Part shown: piece by piece, positions 36,887 to 47,600 of the stretch
Position numbering within the stretch: the first letter of the stretch is position 1
Layout of the letters: each line of letters opens with the position of its first letter
DNA from: Candidatus Hydrogenedens sp.
GTDB lineage: Bacteria > Hydrogenedentota > Hydrogenedentia > Hydrogenedentales > Hydrogenedentaceae
Assembly: GCA_035378955.1 (NCBI GenBank)
Contig: DAOSUS010000001.1
Location: forward strand, 20,580 to 84,579
Direction: 5' to 3'
DNA: 64,000 nt
Notes under the pieces: generated by a model
What the model was told of the DNA's origin: nothing
The model's input: the letters and a program-made list of their open reading frames with translations, nothing else
Databases searched by the model: none
Position numbers and translations under genes: made by a program

Positions 36887-39805
36887 TTATTTGATGTCTA
36901 TCTGGACATCGGAGGGTGTAGTGATGAGAGACCAGAGCGTTTTCCAATCGGCGTTGATGTAGAAAATAGGTGCTAAATTCATGTTGGGCGTTGTTAAAAG
37001 TAATGAAACGGTTGCTTGATTATCCTTAAATCCTACGGTCAATTCTCCATTGGTAAACGGTTTCGGGTCTTCTTTTCCTAATAATTTTTCTAATTGCTTT
37101 TGAACGATACTAACATTCTGTAAATATAAAATTAATCGAAGAAGAACATCACGGTTAATGGTCAATCCCTCGGGACATAGAAGACTAAAATTCCCCTCGA
37201 CAAGTTGTCCCTGCGTAAAATTTATATTTGCATCAAAATTACCATTAGCCCGTCCAGAAAGATTGACCCATGGAGGTTGAACTTCCGCAGTAAATTGAGA
37301 CAAATCAACACCTGCATATTCACCCGCAATGTTCCCTATAAGTGAACCCTCTTTTTTCTGAACAATCCCTTGTGTATCCAATTTGCCTTTCCATAAATTT
37401 CCATTCATGCGGGTTATTTCTATTTCGGGAGGTAGGAATTTTAATCGCAAACTATTTTCTATTTGAGAAATCTTCACTTTCTGTAAGGCAATCTCATCTA
37501 TTTTTATATCAACGGCTAAATCTGTATTCCTTAAATTTTGAGGCTGTAATTGTGATACAAAATTATTTACCTGTATTTGCCATGCAGGTATGCCCAATTT
37601 TGAGATATTCACATTCCATTCTATCTCTCCATTTTTGACCTGATTATCTTTATATTCAAAATTTTTCAAAGAGAGATAATAAGTTCCCTGGCTCTCTTGC
37701 GAAATTCCCCAATCCTGTAAATCGTTAAAAGTTCCTTTAACATCCAGATTTTGAATGTTTACAGCAAGGTTGGGGTTATCCGAAGTCAGGAGTATCCTGC
37801 CTTTTTGAATTTTTGCCAGTTCACAATTCTTAAATCCCAACATTAAATTCTCAATCTCAAATGTATAATCCGAAAAATCCCCAGTTATATCCGTATTAAA
37901 ACATAAAGGAATTCCTTCTGGAAGCATATATCCACCTATGCCTAAACCTTCTCCAGAACCTGACCCCTGTATTTTAATTCTCAAACTTCCATTCCAATGA
38001 AGTTTCCCATGAAACTCCGCTTTGCCCGGAATATAAAAAGGAAGGAATTCCGAAGAAAGGGTCGAAAGATAAATTTTTGTTTTCATATCCCCTTCTAACG
38101 ATACTGGAAACATATATAATTTGCAAGGATTTAATTCAAAATCAGTAGAATTCTCGGAGGAGAGCCGAAAAGCACCCACAACCGTTTCCAAGTTCTGAAT
38201 TATTCCCTGAAAACCAAATTCCGACGGCACAATAGGTAGATATTCTTCATCCTCTTTTTCTGGTGATAACACCCCTTTGAATTGTAAGTCTACCTTATTC
38301 CATTCCTTCCCTTTTATATCCACTTCTATATCTGCAAGTGTTGTTTCTAATGCCTTCTTTACTAAGGAAGGAGTTAACAACTGTATAAATTTTGCTGGAA
38401 ACTTCTCTGTTTGAATATGCGAAATAAAAGTGGTAAAAGGAATCCATTCAGCCGAAAAATGAATAGGATAGGAGAGGACATTCACATCACCCGACCATTT
38501 TATTTGGTTAGAACCCTTATTATCCGCAATAAATTTTACATCACTATTAAGTCGGATACTATCTATATTAGGAATTGATAGTTTCCCCTGAGTGTTCCCT
38601 TCCAGAACAGGTAAAATCCCTTGAAGCGCCAAAGAACATTCTACAGAAAAAGGCTCTATTTGTTTGAGTAATAGTGTATTGTATAAATAAGGGGATACCT
38701 CCTGAATAGTTTTCCCTTGTATAGTCCCACAAGAAAAATCTAAATAGGTATTCTGGTTAACATGATTATATTTCCAGTTCATCTTCCATACAGGGGCTTT
38801 ATCGCTATTCATTACCACTTCGGTTGCTTTCTCATCTTCCTTGTATTGAGAATGGATATGTATTTCAGAAGTATATCGGAGCCATGGTTTTTCTTTATCA
38901 CCTATTGTTAATGAAGAAAAGAACATTTCCCCGTTAATATTCTCAGGTATCCACCGAGCACCTTGATAATAAACACTACCCTGAAGATGGGATACCTGAA
39001 TTTTTTGCCAGTCGACAGGTAAAGAAAACATAGAATAGATTAACGGCGACAAGGATTGAGATACATTTTCATCAAGGGACAAGGACATATCTTCTATATT
39101 CACTCTTTGCATAGAGTTATCAAAGTTTACTTTTCCCTGTGCAAGCATATAAGGTGCGAACTGGATATTCATTCCTATTTCTTGAGACTCCTTCTGGAGT
39201 TGGTAATGTATATCCACCGTACCTGTAAGCGATTCTTTCTGCCCATTATAGGTAACTTCCATAATAGCACCCGTAGAGGAAAGGGAAATAAGGTTTTGGG
39301 CTTTGTCAATAGTAAGTGGAATACCTGATACAAACAATGTCCTTTCGTGATTATTAACAAACATAGAAATATTCTTAACAAACAACTTTTGAGGTAGATA
39401 GGTAAAAAAAGATTGGAAATTAGGAACATTCGTTTCTTGATTGGTTTTCCTTTCTTCCTTCAGTTTATTTGAAAATGGAGATGTTGTATCAACATGAATA
39501 TTACACGATTCAATGGAAACACATAACTTTTGTGGCTTTCTTAAAGATAATTGTATCTGAATATTTTGAAACTCTAAATCTGTGTTATAATCATTCAATT
39601 GAACAGAAATATTTTTTAGAGAAATATTAGGAAAAATAGAGAGACCTGATAACTTAATGAAAATATTTTTTGTGGGTTTAAAAGATACAGAGTCTTTTAT
39701 TAAAAATAGTGACCAAACGCCGAAAACAGATATAATAATTATAGATAAGAAAACAACAATGCTGATGGCGGTATATTTTATTATTTGAATTAACTTTTTT
39801 CTCAC
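36887..39805 (-). CDS. Giant envelope protein with an N-terminal TM anchor, AsmA/TamB-like (putative outer-membrane biogenesis/lipid transport)
   Basis: 972 aa, a single N-terminal TM (ISIVVFLSIIIISVFGVW), then long beta-rich repetitive sequence typical of the AsmA family. No catalytic motif. Confidence 0.45.
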   Translation of the reverse strand: MRKKLIQIIKYTAISIVVFLSIIIISVFGVWSLFLIKDSVSFKPTKNIFIKLSGLSIFPNISLKNISVQLNDYNTDLEFQNIQIQLSLRKPQKLCVSIESCNIHVDTTSPFSNKLKEERKTNQETNVPNFQSFFTYLPQKLFVKNISMFVNNHERTLFVSGIPLTIDKAQNLISLSSTGAIMEVTYNGQKESLTGTVDIHYQLQKESQEIGMNIQFAPYMLAQGKVNFDNSMQRVNIEDMSLSLDENVSQSLSPLIYSMFSLPVDWQKIQVSHLQGSVYYQGARWIPENINGEMFFSSLTIGDKEKPWLRYTSEIHIHSQYKEDEKATEVVMNSDKAPVWKMNWKYNHVNQNTYLDFSCGTIQGKTIQEVSPYLYNTLLLKQIEPFSVECSLALQGILPVLEGNTQGKLSIPNIDSIRLNSDVKFIADNKGSNQIKWSGDVNVLSYPIHFSAEWIPFTTFISHIQTEKFPAKFIQLLTPSLVKKALETTLADIEVDIKGKEWNKVDLQFKGVLSPEKEDEEYLPIVPSEFGFQGIIQNLETVVGAFRLSSENSTDFELNPCKLYMFPVSLEGDMKTKIYLSTLSSEFLPFYIPGKAEFHGKLHWNGSLRIKIQGSGSGEGLGIGGYMLPEGIPLCFNTDITGDFSDYTFEIENLMLGFKNCELAKIQKGRILLTSDNPNLAVNIQNLDVKGTFNDLQDWGISQESQGTYYLSLKNFEYKDNQVKNGEIEWNVNISKLGIPAWQIQVNNFVSQLQPQNLRNTDLAVDIKIDEIALQKVKISQIENSLRLKFLPPEIEITRMNGNLWKGKLDTQGIVQKKEGSLIGNIAGEYAGVDLSQFTAEVQPPWVNLSGRANGNFDANINFTQGQLVEGNFSLLCPEGLTINRDVLLRLILYLQNVSIVQKQLEKLLGKEDPKPFTNGELTVGFKDNQATVSLLLTTPNMNLAPIFYINADWKTLWSLITTPSDVQIDIK

Positions 39806-39865
39806 GCTGTTTCCTTTAACAAGATATATTAATATAAACTATTATTAGTTATATTTTAATCACGA

Positions 39866-42382
39866 GTGCCTATGAAAAAGAAACCTTCAACAGAAAAAGA
39901 ATCCCTATCAGAATTAGAAGAAGCAGAAAATTCTGAGGTAGATAATAGCGGAAGTTCCATAAATACTTCTTCCGAAAATACGCCATTTTCATCTAAATTG
40001 TATCGTGTGCTTTCTGTTCAACCTCAACAAGGACCTCATCAATCCCTTTTCCCAGCAATATTAGAACATCTTCCCGAATGCCACATTGACCGCGTATATT
40101 CTGTAAAAGAAGTGATGGACTATATAAAGGTCTTTGTGCCGGATTGTTTGATTATTGATTGCACTCTCGGAGATGAATCCTGTCTTACATTATGCCGGTA
40201 TTGGAAAACCTCCCTAAACACTTCAAAAATCCCTATATTGCTTATTGTCAATTACGATATATCTACCTCACGTCGATGGGAATTGATGGCTGCGGGGATA
40301 GATGACTTTCTAATGTATCCTTGCGATATAACAGAATTGATAACCCGCATTCGTATCTTGCTACGAATGAAACAAGCAGAAGTGGGACTCTGGGAAACGA
40401 ACCGTAGATTGATGGAACTGGCAGAAGAGCGGTCCCGTGCCTTGTTTGTATACGATTCTTTAAACCGCTTCTTATTAGATAATTGCAGTAATCCGGTATT
40501 AATCTTTGAGCTGAACGACAATATACGGGAAAGTCGTTTCCTGGATGCCAATAATTTTGTATTTCGAATGACCGGTTTTACACGCGAAGAGTTTCTCCAA
40601 CTCCGCCTTCGGGATATCATTCCTAAAAATCGCATTGATGGAATACAGGGCAGAATTGAAACTATTCTCCAACATCAGCAGGTATCTTTTGAAACTGTAA
40701 TTTTAGCCAAAGACGGCAGACAAATCCCGATAGAAGTTCAAGCACAGAGTTTTAATACAGACAACCAGCCCTGCATCATCGCCATAGGACAACCTTTAGA
40801 AGACACGCAAAGCATCACTTCAGAGCGTGTTTCTGAAAGTATTTCTCGCTATCGTATTTTAGCCGCACAAACCGGTATGATGATTTATGACTGCAACCTC
40901 CATTCGGGTAAAGTTAAATGGGGAGGAGCCGTAACTCAGGTAACAGGCTACCTCCTGCGAGAATTAGACACAATCAATTTACAACGATGGATGGACCATA
41001 TCCATATTGAAGACCTACCGCGTGTCAAGGCACATATTGAAGTAGCAAAACAGGAGATTGGAAAATTTCGTGTAGAATACCGATTGCGACATAAAAGTGG
41101 TGATTATCGTTATGTAGAAGACCAGGGTGTTGTCCTACCTGATGCGACAGGCGAAGCCTACAGAATATTAGGTTCCATAAAAGATATAACCATCCAAAAA
41201 CAGGAAGAAGAAGAACGCAGAAGGGCTGAACAACAGGTTCAACATTCACAGCGATTGGAAAGTTTAGGCGTTTTAGCAGGAGGAATTGCTCACGATTTTA
41301 ACAATCTGTTAGCCGTTATCATCGGTCTAACAGACATGGCCATCAATGAAGTGCCTAAAAAAACACCTCTACACGAAGACCTGAAAGAGGTATTACAGGC
41401 GGCACATCGTGCAAAAGACCTTGTAAAGCAGATTCTAACATTTAGCCGACAAACCGGCGAAGAAAGCAGTCCTTTATATTTACATGTTATTGCACGGGAA
41501 GCCCTGAAACTCCTTAGAGCAACGACTTCACCTACCATTGATATTATTGATAATGTAGATGTTCATTCCGGAGCAATTATGGGCAATCCCTCACAAATAC
41601 ATCAAGTTGTAATGAATTACTGCACCAATGCCATTCAGGCAATGCCCAAAGGTGGAAAATTGGAAGTGGAAGTGAGGGATGTTACCTTAGATAGCGATGC
41701 TTCACAAATCCATCCCAAACTAAAACCTGGAGCCTATGTAAAATTAACCGTGCGCGATAACGGACATGGGATGGAACCCCCTATTTTAGAGCGTATCTTT
41801 GACCCTTTCTTCACTACAAAAAAGCCCGGCGAAGGAACCGGTATGGGATTAGCTGTTGTGCATGGTATCGTAACGGCACACGGAGGAACTATTATTGTAG
41901 AAAGCAAACCAGGAATGGGCTCCACTTTCTACACTTATTTCCCGCGAATTGACAATCCTATTGTTCTTGAGAAAAAGCAAGATGAAGAACCCTTAGAAGG
42001 ACAAGAGCGTATCCTCTTTGTAGATGATGAAGAATCTGTTTGTAAATTAGGAAAAAGAGTACTAACCCAATGGGGATATAATGTTGAAGTATGCCAAAAT
42101 GCCTTAGCTGCTTTAGCAGTCTTTACACAAAACCCGGACCGTTTTGACCTTGTCGTAACAGACCAAGCAATGCCCAAAATGTCCGGTGAAGTTTTAGCAC
42201 GATGGGTTAAAGAACTTCGTCCCGATATACCTGTAATTCTCTTCACAGGTTTCAGCGGAGAATTCTCATCCGAAGAATTATCCCGTTTAGGAATTGACGA
42301 AATCGTGATGAAGCCCATCGTAGCCCGCGACCTTGCCCGTCGAATTCGAAAAGTCTTAGACCAACAAAAGAAAACTTTCTAA
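39866..42382 (+). CDS. Hybrid sensor histidine kinase/response regulator with PAS domains
   Basis: N-terminal receiver-like domain, PAS/PAC region, HisKA H-box AGGIAHDFNNLL, HATPase_c (GxGxG: GEGTGMGL), C-terminal receiver (ILFVDDEE...DLVVTDQAMPKMSG). Confidence 0.85.
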   Translation: MPMKKKPSTEKESLSELEEAENSEVDNSGSSINTSSENTPFSSKLYRVLSVQPQQGPHQSLFPAILEHLPECHIDRVYSVKEVMDYIKVFVPDCLIIDCTLGDESCLTLCRYWKTSLNTSKIPILLIVNYDISTSRRWELMAAGIDDFLMYPCDITELITRIRILLRMKQAEVGLWETNRRLMELAEERSRALFVYDSLNRFLLDNCSNPVLIFELNDNIRESRFLDANNFVFRMTGFTREEFLQLRLRDIIPKNRIDGIQGRIETILQHQQVSFETVILAKDGRQIPIEVQAQSFNTDNQPCIIAIGQPLEDTQSITSERVSESISRYRILAAQTGMMIYDCNLHSGKVKWGGAVTQVTGYLLRELDTINLQRWMDHIHIEDLPRVKAHIEVAKQEIGKFRVEYRLRHKSGDYRYVEDQGVVLPDATGEAYRILGSIKDITIQKQEEEERRRAEQQVQHSQRLESLGVLAGGIAHDFNNLLAVIIGLTDMAINEVPKKTPLHEDLKEVLQAAHRAKDLVKQILTFSRQTGEESSPLYLHVIAREALKLLRATTSPTIDIIDNVDVHSGAIMGNPSQIHQVVMNYCTNAIQAMPKGGKLEVEVRDVTLDSDASQIHPKLKPGAYVKLTVRDNGHGMEPPILERIFDPFFTTKKPGEGTGMGLAVVHGIVTAHGGTIIVESKPGMGSTFYTYFPRIDNPIVLEKKQDEEPLEGQERILFVDDEESVCKLGKRVLTQWGYNVEVCQNALAALAVFTQNPDRFDLVVTDQAMPKMSGEVLARWVKELRPDIPVILFTGFSGEFSSEELSRLGIDEIVMKPIVARDLARRIRKVLDQQKKTF

Positions 42383-42397
42383 AATACAAATAAAAAA

Positions 42398-42435
42398 CCC
42401 TTTGAAAAATCTTGGGGTATTAATTTTTCAAAGGG
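42398..42435. terminator. Rho-independent terminator hairpin between convergent genes
   Basis: 13-bp stem CCCTTTGAAAAAT / ATTTTTCAAAGGG with a 12-nt loop. An A-run at 42392-42397 gives a T-tract for the minus-strand transcript of the 135-aa gene. Confidence 0.5.
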
Positions 42436-42441
42436 GATTAA

Positions 42442-42849
42442 TTACACTAATATATCTAATGAATGATTGTCTTTTTCTGCCACTTTCGGGGTTTCAATTT
42501 TTACATCTTGTTCAGATGCAGGTGCTTGTTCGGATTTCTGTTCTTCCTGCTTCTTTTCTACCTTTTGCGGTAGGAGTGCTTGATTATTAGAAGGAATTAC
42601 CTCAACCTCTAATGGCTTCTCTTCTTTGGGCAGAACCAATTCCCGCGGGATAAAAATGGAACCCGTTGGTATAATGGGAACAACACCTAACCCGATGGGA
42701 AGTTCTCCCTCTTCGTAGCGGGCAGAAGTTGCATTCTCATTCTTACGGACTGCAGGTTCTTCTAATTTCTGCTCTTTTCCTGTCAGCCCGCTTACTGGCT
42801 TTACAATCCCTGTTATTATATTTTCCATCATAATGTTCATAAGCCTCAT
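42442..42849 (-). CDS. Hypothetical K/E-rich protein
   Basis: ORF with a charged low-complexity C-terminal half. A terminator lies just downstream. No family assignment. Confidence 0.35.
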   Translation of the reverse strand: MRLMNIMMENIITGIVKPVSGLTGKEQKLEEPAVRKNENATSARYEEGELPIGLGVVPIIPTGSIFIPRELVLPKEEKPLEVEVIPSNNQALLPQKVEKKQEEQKSEQAPASEQDVKIETPKVAEKDNHSLDILV

Positions 42850-43023
42850 CCTTGAGTTTTCTACATATCCTTCATCTATTTTATCGGCATAATTTATATA
42901 AACTTTAGCAAAATTTTTATAATTCCATATAATAATTGTTTTTAGTAAAACTTTTTTCTTTTAAATCGTTTATAATAGGTGTAGACAAAGAACAATTAAA
43001 AAAATATATGCTGGCACTTAATT

Positions 43024-43512
43024 ATGTCTGTAGATTTAAGAAAATATGTAAAACCAACTACTGTTTGTGTATATCGTGAGCCTCTCTCTAAACATTCTGT
43101 AATCGAAAAGATAGCAGAACTCGCCTCTATCGGTAGTGAAAACTCTGAAACATTAAAACATTTTATCGCTGGAGCTTTACAGGCACGCGAGATGTTAGGT
43201 TCAACCGCATTGACCCGTGGGCTTGCCCTGCCCCATTGTAGAGTGGAGGGTATTAACGATTTCATTGTAGGTATACTTGTTTCACCCGAAGGCGTCGCTT
43301 ATGGCTCTCTTGATGGAAAATTGAGCCGAGTATTTTTTTTCATCATCGCTCCAAAAGAAAATGTAGAAGAACATCTAAATATTATGTCCGAGATTGGTGC
43401 TTTTCTTAACAAAGAAGAAAATATCATATCGTTAGCGGAAAGCAGAGACAGTGAGACCCTGTATCAGAAATTTTTAAAACTCTGGGAAAAGTATACCGAA
43501 AATCTCATTTAA
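43024..43512 (+). CDS. ptsN: PTS EIIA type-2 domain protein, PtsN (EIIA-Ntr)-like
   Basis: AREMLGSTALTRGLALPH (conserved His region of EIIA-Ntr) and RVFFFIIAPKEN, colinear with E. coli PtsN. Confidence 0.7.
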   Translation: MSVDLRKYVKPTTVCVYREPLSKHSVIEKIAELASIGSENSETLKHFIAGALQAREMLGSTALTRGLALPHCRVEGINDFIVGILVSPEGVAYGSLDGKLSRVFFFIIAPKENVEEHLNIMSEIGAFLNKEENIISLAESRDSETLYQKFLKLWEKYTENLI

Positions 43513-43514
43513 AG

Positions 43515-45179
43515 ATGACTATGGATTGCGATTCAAATTCATGTAGCATCCAGAAAGATGTAGGCATAATTTCGGGTATCAAATCCCTGATGACACATCC
43601 CCATTCAAAATGTCCTACATGGAATGCTTTTCTGATTGCAATTGTTATATCTGTATTTGGGCAGGTAGTATATTTTGATTTTATCTATTATGATGATTAT
43701 CTGTATACTGTCGCCAAAGCGGAAAAGGGAAGTGTATGGACATACTCTTTTTTATCGTGGGCTATGACCTCCACTGATGATGGTTTCTGGGCACCTATAA
43801 CAAAAATATCTCATAGAATAGACACACATTTATTTGGTAATAAAGCAGGTGGACACCATGCGATAAATATTTTAATTCATATTATTAACTCACTCCTTTT
43901 GTGGAGATTTCTTTGTAAAATTACTGGGGACAGATTCGTGCAATTCCTATCTGTTTGCCTGTTCGCTATCCATCCAATGCGTGTAGAGACCGTATCATGG
44001 ATAGCCAGCAGAAAAGACCTACTCTGCACTCTCTTTCTTCTTCTCATGTTGTTGGAATACATTAATTGGATAGAGACAAGAAAAAAGAAATTTTACCTGC
44101 TTTCTTTCCTTTTCTTTCTTTGTTCTGCTATGTCCAAACCTATAAGTATGGTTTTCCCTTTGTTTCTTCCTGTTATAGATTTCATGTTATTAAAGAAAGA
44201 AAATTTCCCTCTTATAAAAAAACTTCTATCTTATGTCCCCTTTTTTGTTTTTTCTTTATTCCTTATATTTATAACCATCCATTCGGAGCAGGAAGCAATT
44301 ATACCTGTATCTATAACTATAAAAGAAAAAGTATCACGGATAATTGTTTCTTTATCTCTTTATTTCATCCTTACCTTTTTCCCTACAACTTTGCACATCC
44401 CTTATGGAGCCGAATATTACCCTTTTTTTGGTTATACCAAAGGTATTCCTGTATATGATAGGCTTGACATTGTTATAGTCTCTGCAATTGTAGTTTTGCT
44501 TTTCATTTCGACCTGGATTTTGATAAGAAAACAATACAAGAAAAACCTACTTTCACTTGCTTTTTTCTTATTGCCTCTGGTTCCTGTGATTGGATTTATT
44601 CCATTCGGAGACCATCTTATAGCAGACCGTTTTACATATATACCGCATATAGGCTTGTGTATATTAATCTGCACATTTCTATCCGAAGTTAAAATGAAAA
44701 CCTATAAAATATCCAATATTATTTTGACCCTGATAGTTATCGTCTTTTCCGTGATTTCTATATCTTATGCTTCTGTATGGGAAAATAGTGAAAAACTTTT
44801 CAGAACTACTTTGAAGTATGAACCCAATAGCTATATAGCACTTTGTAATTTAGGTAGTTCATTAGTTAAACAGGGACGATATGTAGAAGCCATTCCACAC
44901 CTACAAAAGGCGATAGAAATTTATCCTTTAAGAGCAGGGCCCTATAATGACCTTGCATCTTCCTATCTTTACTTAGGCAGATATAATGCGGCTCTTTCTC
45001 TATTCGAAAAATCACTGCAAATCTCTAATCAAGACCCAGAAATATATAGTAATATTGCTTTTCTCTTCTACAAAATGGACAATTATGAAATGTCAAAGGA
45101 GTATGCAGAAAAAGCCTTAAAAATGAACGCAGAACTGGTAAATGCAAAGAAGATACTTGAATTGCTAAAAAACAGGTGA
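43515..45179 (+). CDS. Polytopic membrane protein with C-terminal TPR repeats, TMTC/PMT_2-like (putative glycosyltransferase family 39-like)
   Basis: N-terminal DDY...HHAINILIHIINSLLLW...AIHPMRVETVSW pattern of DUF1736/TMTC proteins; 10 or more TMs; C-terminal TPRs (YNDLASSYLYLGRYNAAL...). Confidence 0.5.
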   Translation: MTMDCDSNSCSIQKDVGIISGIKSLMTHPHSKCPTWNAFLIAIVISVFGQVVYFDFIYYDDYLYTVAKAEKGSVWTYSFLSWAMTSTDDGFWAPITKISHRIDTHLFGNKAGGHHAINILIHIINSLLLWRFLCKITGDRFVQFLSVCLFAIHPMRVETVSWIASRKDLLCTLFLLLMLLEYINWIETRKKKFYLLSFLFFLCSAMSKPISMVFPLFLPVIDFMLLKKENFPLIKKLLSYVPFFVFSLFLIFITIHSEQEAIIPVSITIKEKVSRIIVSLSLYFILTFFPTTLHIPYGAEYYPFFGYTKGIPVYDRLDIVIVSAIVVLLFISTWILIRKQYKKNLLSLAFFLLPLVPVIGFIPFGDHLIADRFTYIPHIGLCILICTFLSEVKMKTYKISNIILTLIVIVFSVISISYASVWENSEKLFRTTLKYEPNSYIALCNLGSSLVKQGRYVEAIPHLQKAIEIYPLRAGPYNDLASSYLYLGRYNAALSLFEKSLQISNQDPEIYSNIAFLFYKMDNYEMSKEYAEKALKMNAELVNAKKILELLKNR

Positions 45180-45206
45180 GTTTAGTAATTTACTTTCTTT
45201 CTTCTT

Positions 45207-46031
45207 CTACACATTTATCGGCGGAAATTCCGGCTTTATTATTTCCTGACCCAATACCATCTCTATCATTCCAAACTTTTCATAGCGGAACTGTTCTGCG
45301 TGCTTATAACCAGGAACTTTCCCCTTCTCTGCGGTATAGTCCTTTACTGCATTTGCAATGATTTGATTTCTTACATCTCTATCTACATTCGCAAAACCTG
45401 ATATATCAATACCTAATGTTTCCGCCTCCAACTTTATTGAATCAAATGTAAGTTCCATTTGTGTTTCGTGCTTTAACAAAGATTCTATTTTCTTATCAAT
45501 ACTATCTGTAATATCAACAAAGGTAAATGCATTCTCTGGCTTTTTAGCAAACCAATACGCTTCCGAAACAAAATGAGGTGGATAAATTCCTGGTGTCCCA
45601 AAGTTTGGATTGCTACTAAAAGATATAGCCTCGTATGTTGCCATTGCTGTAACTCTATGATCTGGATGGTCCTCTCCAGCAGCAAAAGGGTCCCAACTTA
45701 AAACTATATTCGCTTTTACTTCCCTTATCATATCTATAATAATATTTCTTATATGTTTTCTTGGTATATCTTCCAATTCTCCATCTATAAAATTACCAAA
45801 CCTTACCTCCCTTAACCCAAGCACCTTACCTGCTTCAATCGCCTCCTCCTTTGACCTAATAATAATCTCACTTTCCTTTAATGTATATGTTCCCTTCCTA
45901 TTGTCTGTTAATATGAGTTCATAAGCAGGAAAATTGTACTCCTTCATCCATCTATACACCGTCCCTGCACACATAAACTCCATATCATCTCCGTGAGCAA
46001 CAACAACAAGAACCGTTTTCATATCTGCCAA
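45207..46031 (-). CDS. PIG-L/LmbE-family N-acetylglucosaminyl deacetylase
   Basis: N-terminal VLVVVAHGDDMEF (a variant of AHPDDE) and a downstream HPDH motif. Confidence 0.7.
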   Translation of the reverse strand: MADMKTVLVVVAHGDDMEFMCAGTVYRWMKEYNFPAYELILTDNRKGTYTLKESEIIIRSKEEAIEAGKVLGLREVRFGNFIDGELEDIPRKHIRNIIIDMIREVKANIVLSWDPFAAGEDHPDHRVTAMATYEAISFSSNPNFGTPGIYPPHFVSEAYWFAKKPENAFTFVDITDSIDKKIESLLKHETQMELTFDSIKLEAETLGIDISGFANVDRDVRNQIIANAVKDYTAEKGKVPGYKHAEQFRYEKFGMIEMVLGQEIIKPEFPPINV

Positions 46032-46218
46032 ACCTTCTTTTCAATTAAATTATTAACAATTTTTCCACAAACACTGTTAATAAATCAAAAAACAATCAAA
46101 AAATCATCTACAATATGCATAAATAAAGACTTATAAATAAAAAACTTAACTAAAATAAGTAGAGATTTTAATAAAGAAACAAATAAAACTAACTTTATTC
46201 ACAAGTTTTCCACAAATA

Positions 46219-47325
46219 CTATAATTTCACAGGCATTATAATATTTATATATCTCTCATCTCCTTCCGCCTCAGGAGTTAATGGCTTTATAACACAAGGA
46301 CTACCTCCATCTTTCATAGACATTACTAATTTATCTGATGTTATATGGTCAACAATATCTACCAAATATTCAATGTTAAATCCTGTTTTAACTTCATCTC
46401 CTTCATATTCAACTTCTACTGTATCTGAAAATTCACCAACTTCTGGATTTTGAACCTCTATATCCATACGACCTTTCTGGACAAGAACCTTCACAGACAT
46501 AAACTTCATCGCTTCCGCCCTCCTCAAAACGGATTTCCACTCCTCCGCCTTTATTATTACATGCTTACTATAATCCCTTGGTATAACAACTTCATAATTC
46601 GGGAATGTCCCTTCTATCAAACTACTTGTTAACCTTGTTTTATTAAACACAAATGATACCCTTGATTCACCATCAAACACCTTTATATCTCCTGTCCCAT
46701 CCATCTGGCTCATTAGTTCCTTCACCGTCCTCTCCGGTATCGTTATACGAACATTCCTTTTTACAGGTACACATTCCCTTTCTCTCCTAAGACTCATTCT
46801 CTTCCCATCCGTTGCAACCACAGTAAGATTTCCACCATTTATCTCAAACAAAACCCCTGTCAACGCATATCTTGATTCCTCAGTACACACTGCAAACGCT
46901 ACCTTACGAAACATATCCAACAACAATGACTCCGAAATAACTATAGGTTCCACATCATCTACAAACATTACAGGTGGAAATTCATCGGGAGGCATTGTTA
47001 CATATTTCACTTCTGTCCGACCACTCTTAACTACTACTGAAGTTTCACTCATAGATTTAATAATCACATCACCTTTTGGTAAATTAGAAAGCAAATTCGA
47101 AAATAGATGAGCCCTTAATGTAACCCTTCCTTCTTCTTCTATCTCACATTCATCTAACTCTTGCTCAATAGTCATCCGTAAATCTGTGCTTGTTAATTTT
47201 AATAAACCATCTTCTGCAGTTATTAAAATAGAAGATAGAATTGGTAATGATGATTTTGCAGGAACTGCGTTTCTCACCTTTGATAATGCTTCATTTAATT
47301 TTTCCTGTTTTACTGTTATTTTCAT
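46219..47325 (-). CDS. dnaN: DNA polymerase III beta sliding clamp
   Basis: MKITVKQEKLNEALSKV...LPILSSILI typical DnaN N-terminus; three-domain length (368 aa). Confidence 0.9.
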   Translation of the reverse strand: MKITVKQEKLNEALSKVRNAVPAKSSLPILSSILITAEDGLLKLTSTDLRMTIEQELDECEIEEEGRVTLRAHLFSNLLSNLPKGDVIIKSMSETSVVVKSGRTEVKYVTMPPDEFPPVMFVDDVEPIVISESLLLDMFRKVAFAVCTEESRYALTGVLFEINGGNLTVVATDGKRMSLRRERECVPVKRNVRITIPERTVKELMSQMDGTGDIKVFDGESRVSFVFNKTRLTSSLIEGTFPNYEVVIPRDYSKHVIIKAEEWKSVLRRAEAMKFMSVKVLVQKGRMDIEVQNPEVGEFSDTVEVEYEGDEVKTGFNIEYLVDIVDHITSDKLVMSMKDGGSPCVIKPLTPEAEGDERYINIIMPVKL

Positions 47326-47600
47326 ATTTTTCCTCCAACAGTTACTTTCTTCTTCTTACTTCTTATTATATTTAAAAATATCGTAGTAGTAACAGTAGTA
47401 TATGTTTATTTATGGATAACTATAAAAGATTATCCTTTTTTCATATTCAAAAGCAACTTTTTATTGTTGATATGTTATGAATTTTTTTGTTGATAAATTT
47501 ATCTTTTCCACAAAAGTAAAAAATAAAAAATTTTCATGTTAGTATTTTGTTAATAAAAATAAAAAAATTCACAAGAAAGTAACAACTTTTCCATAGTAAA

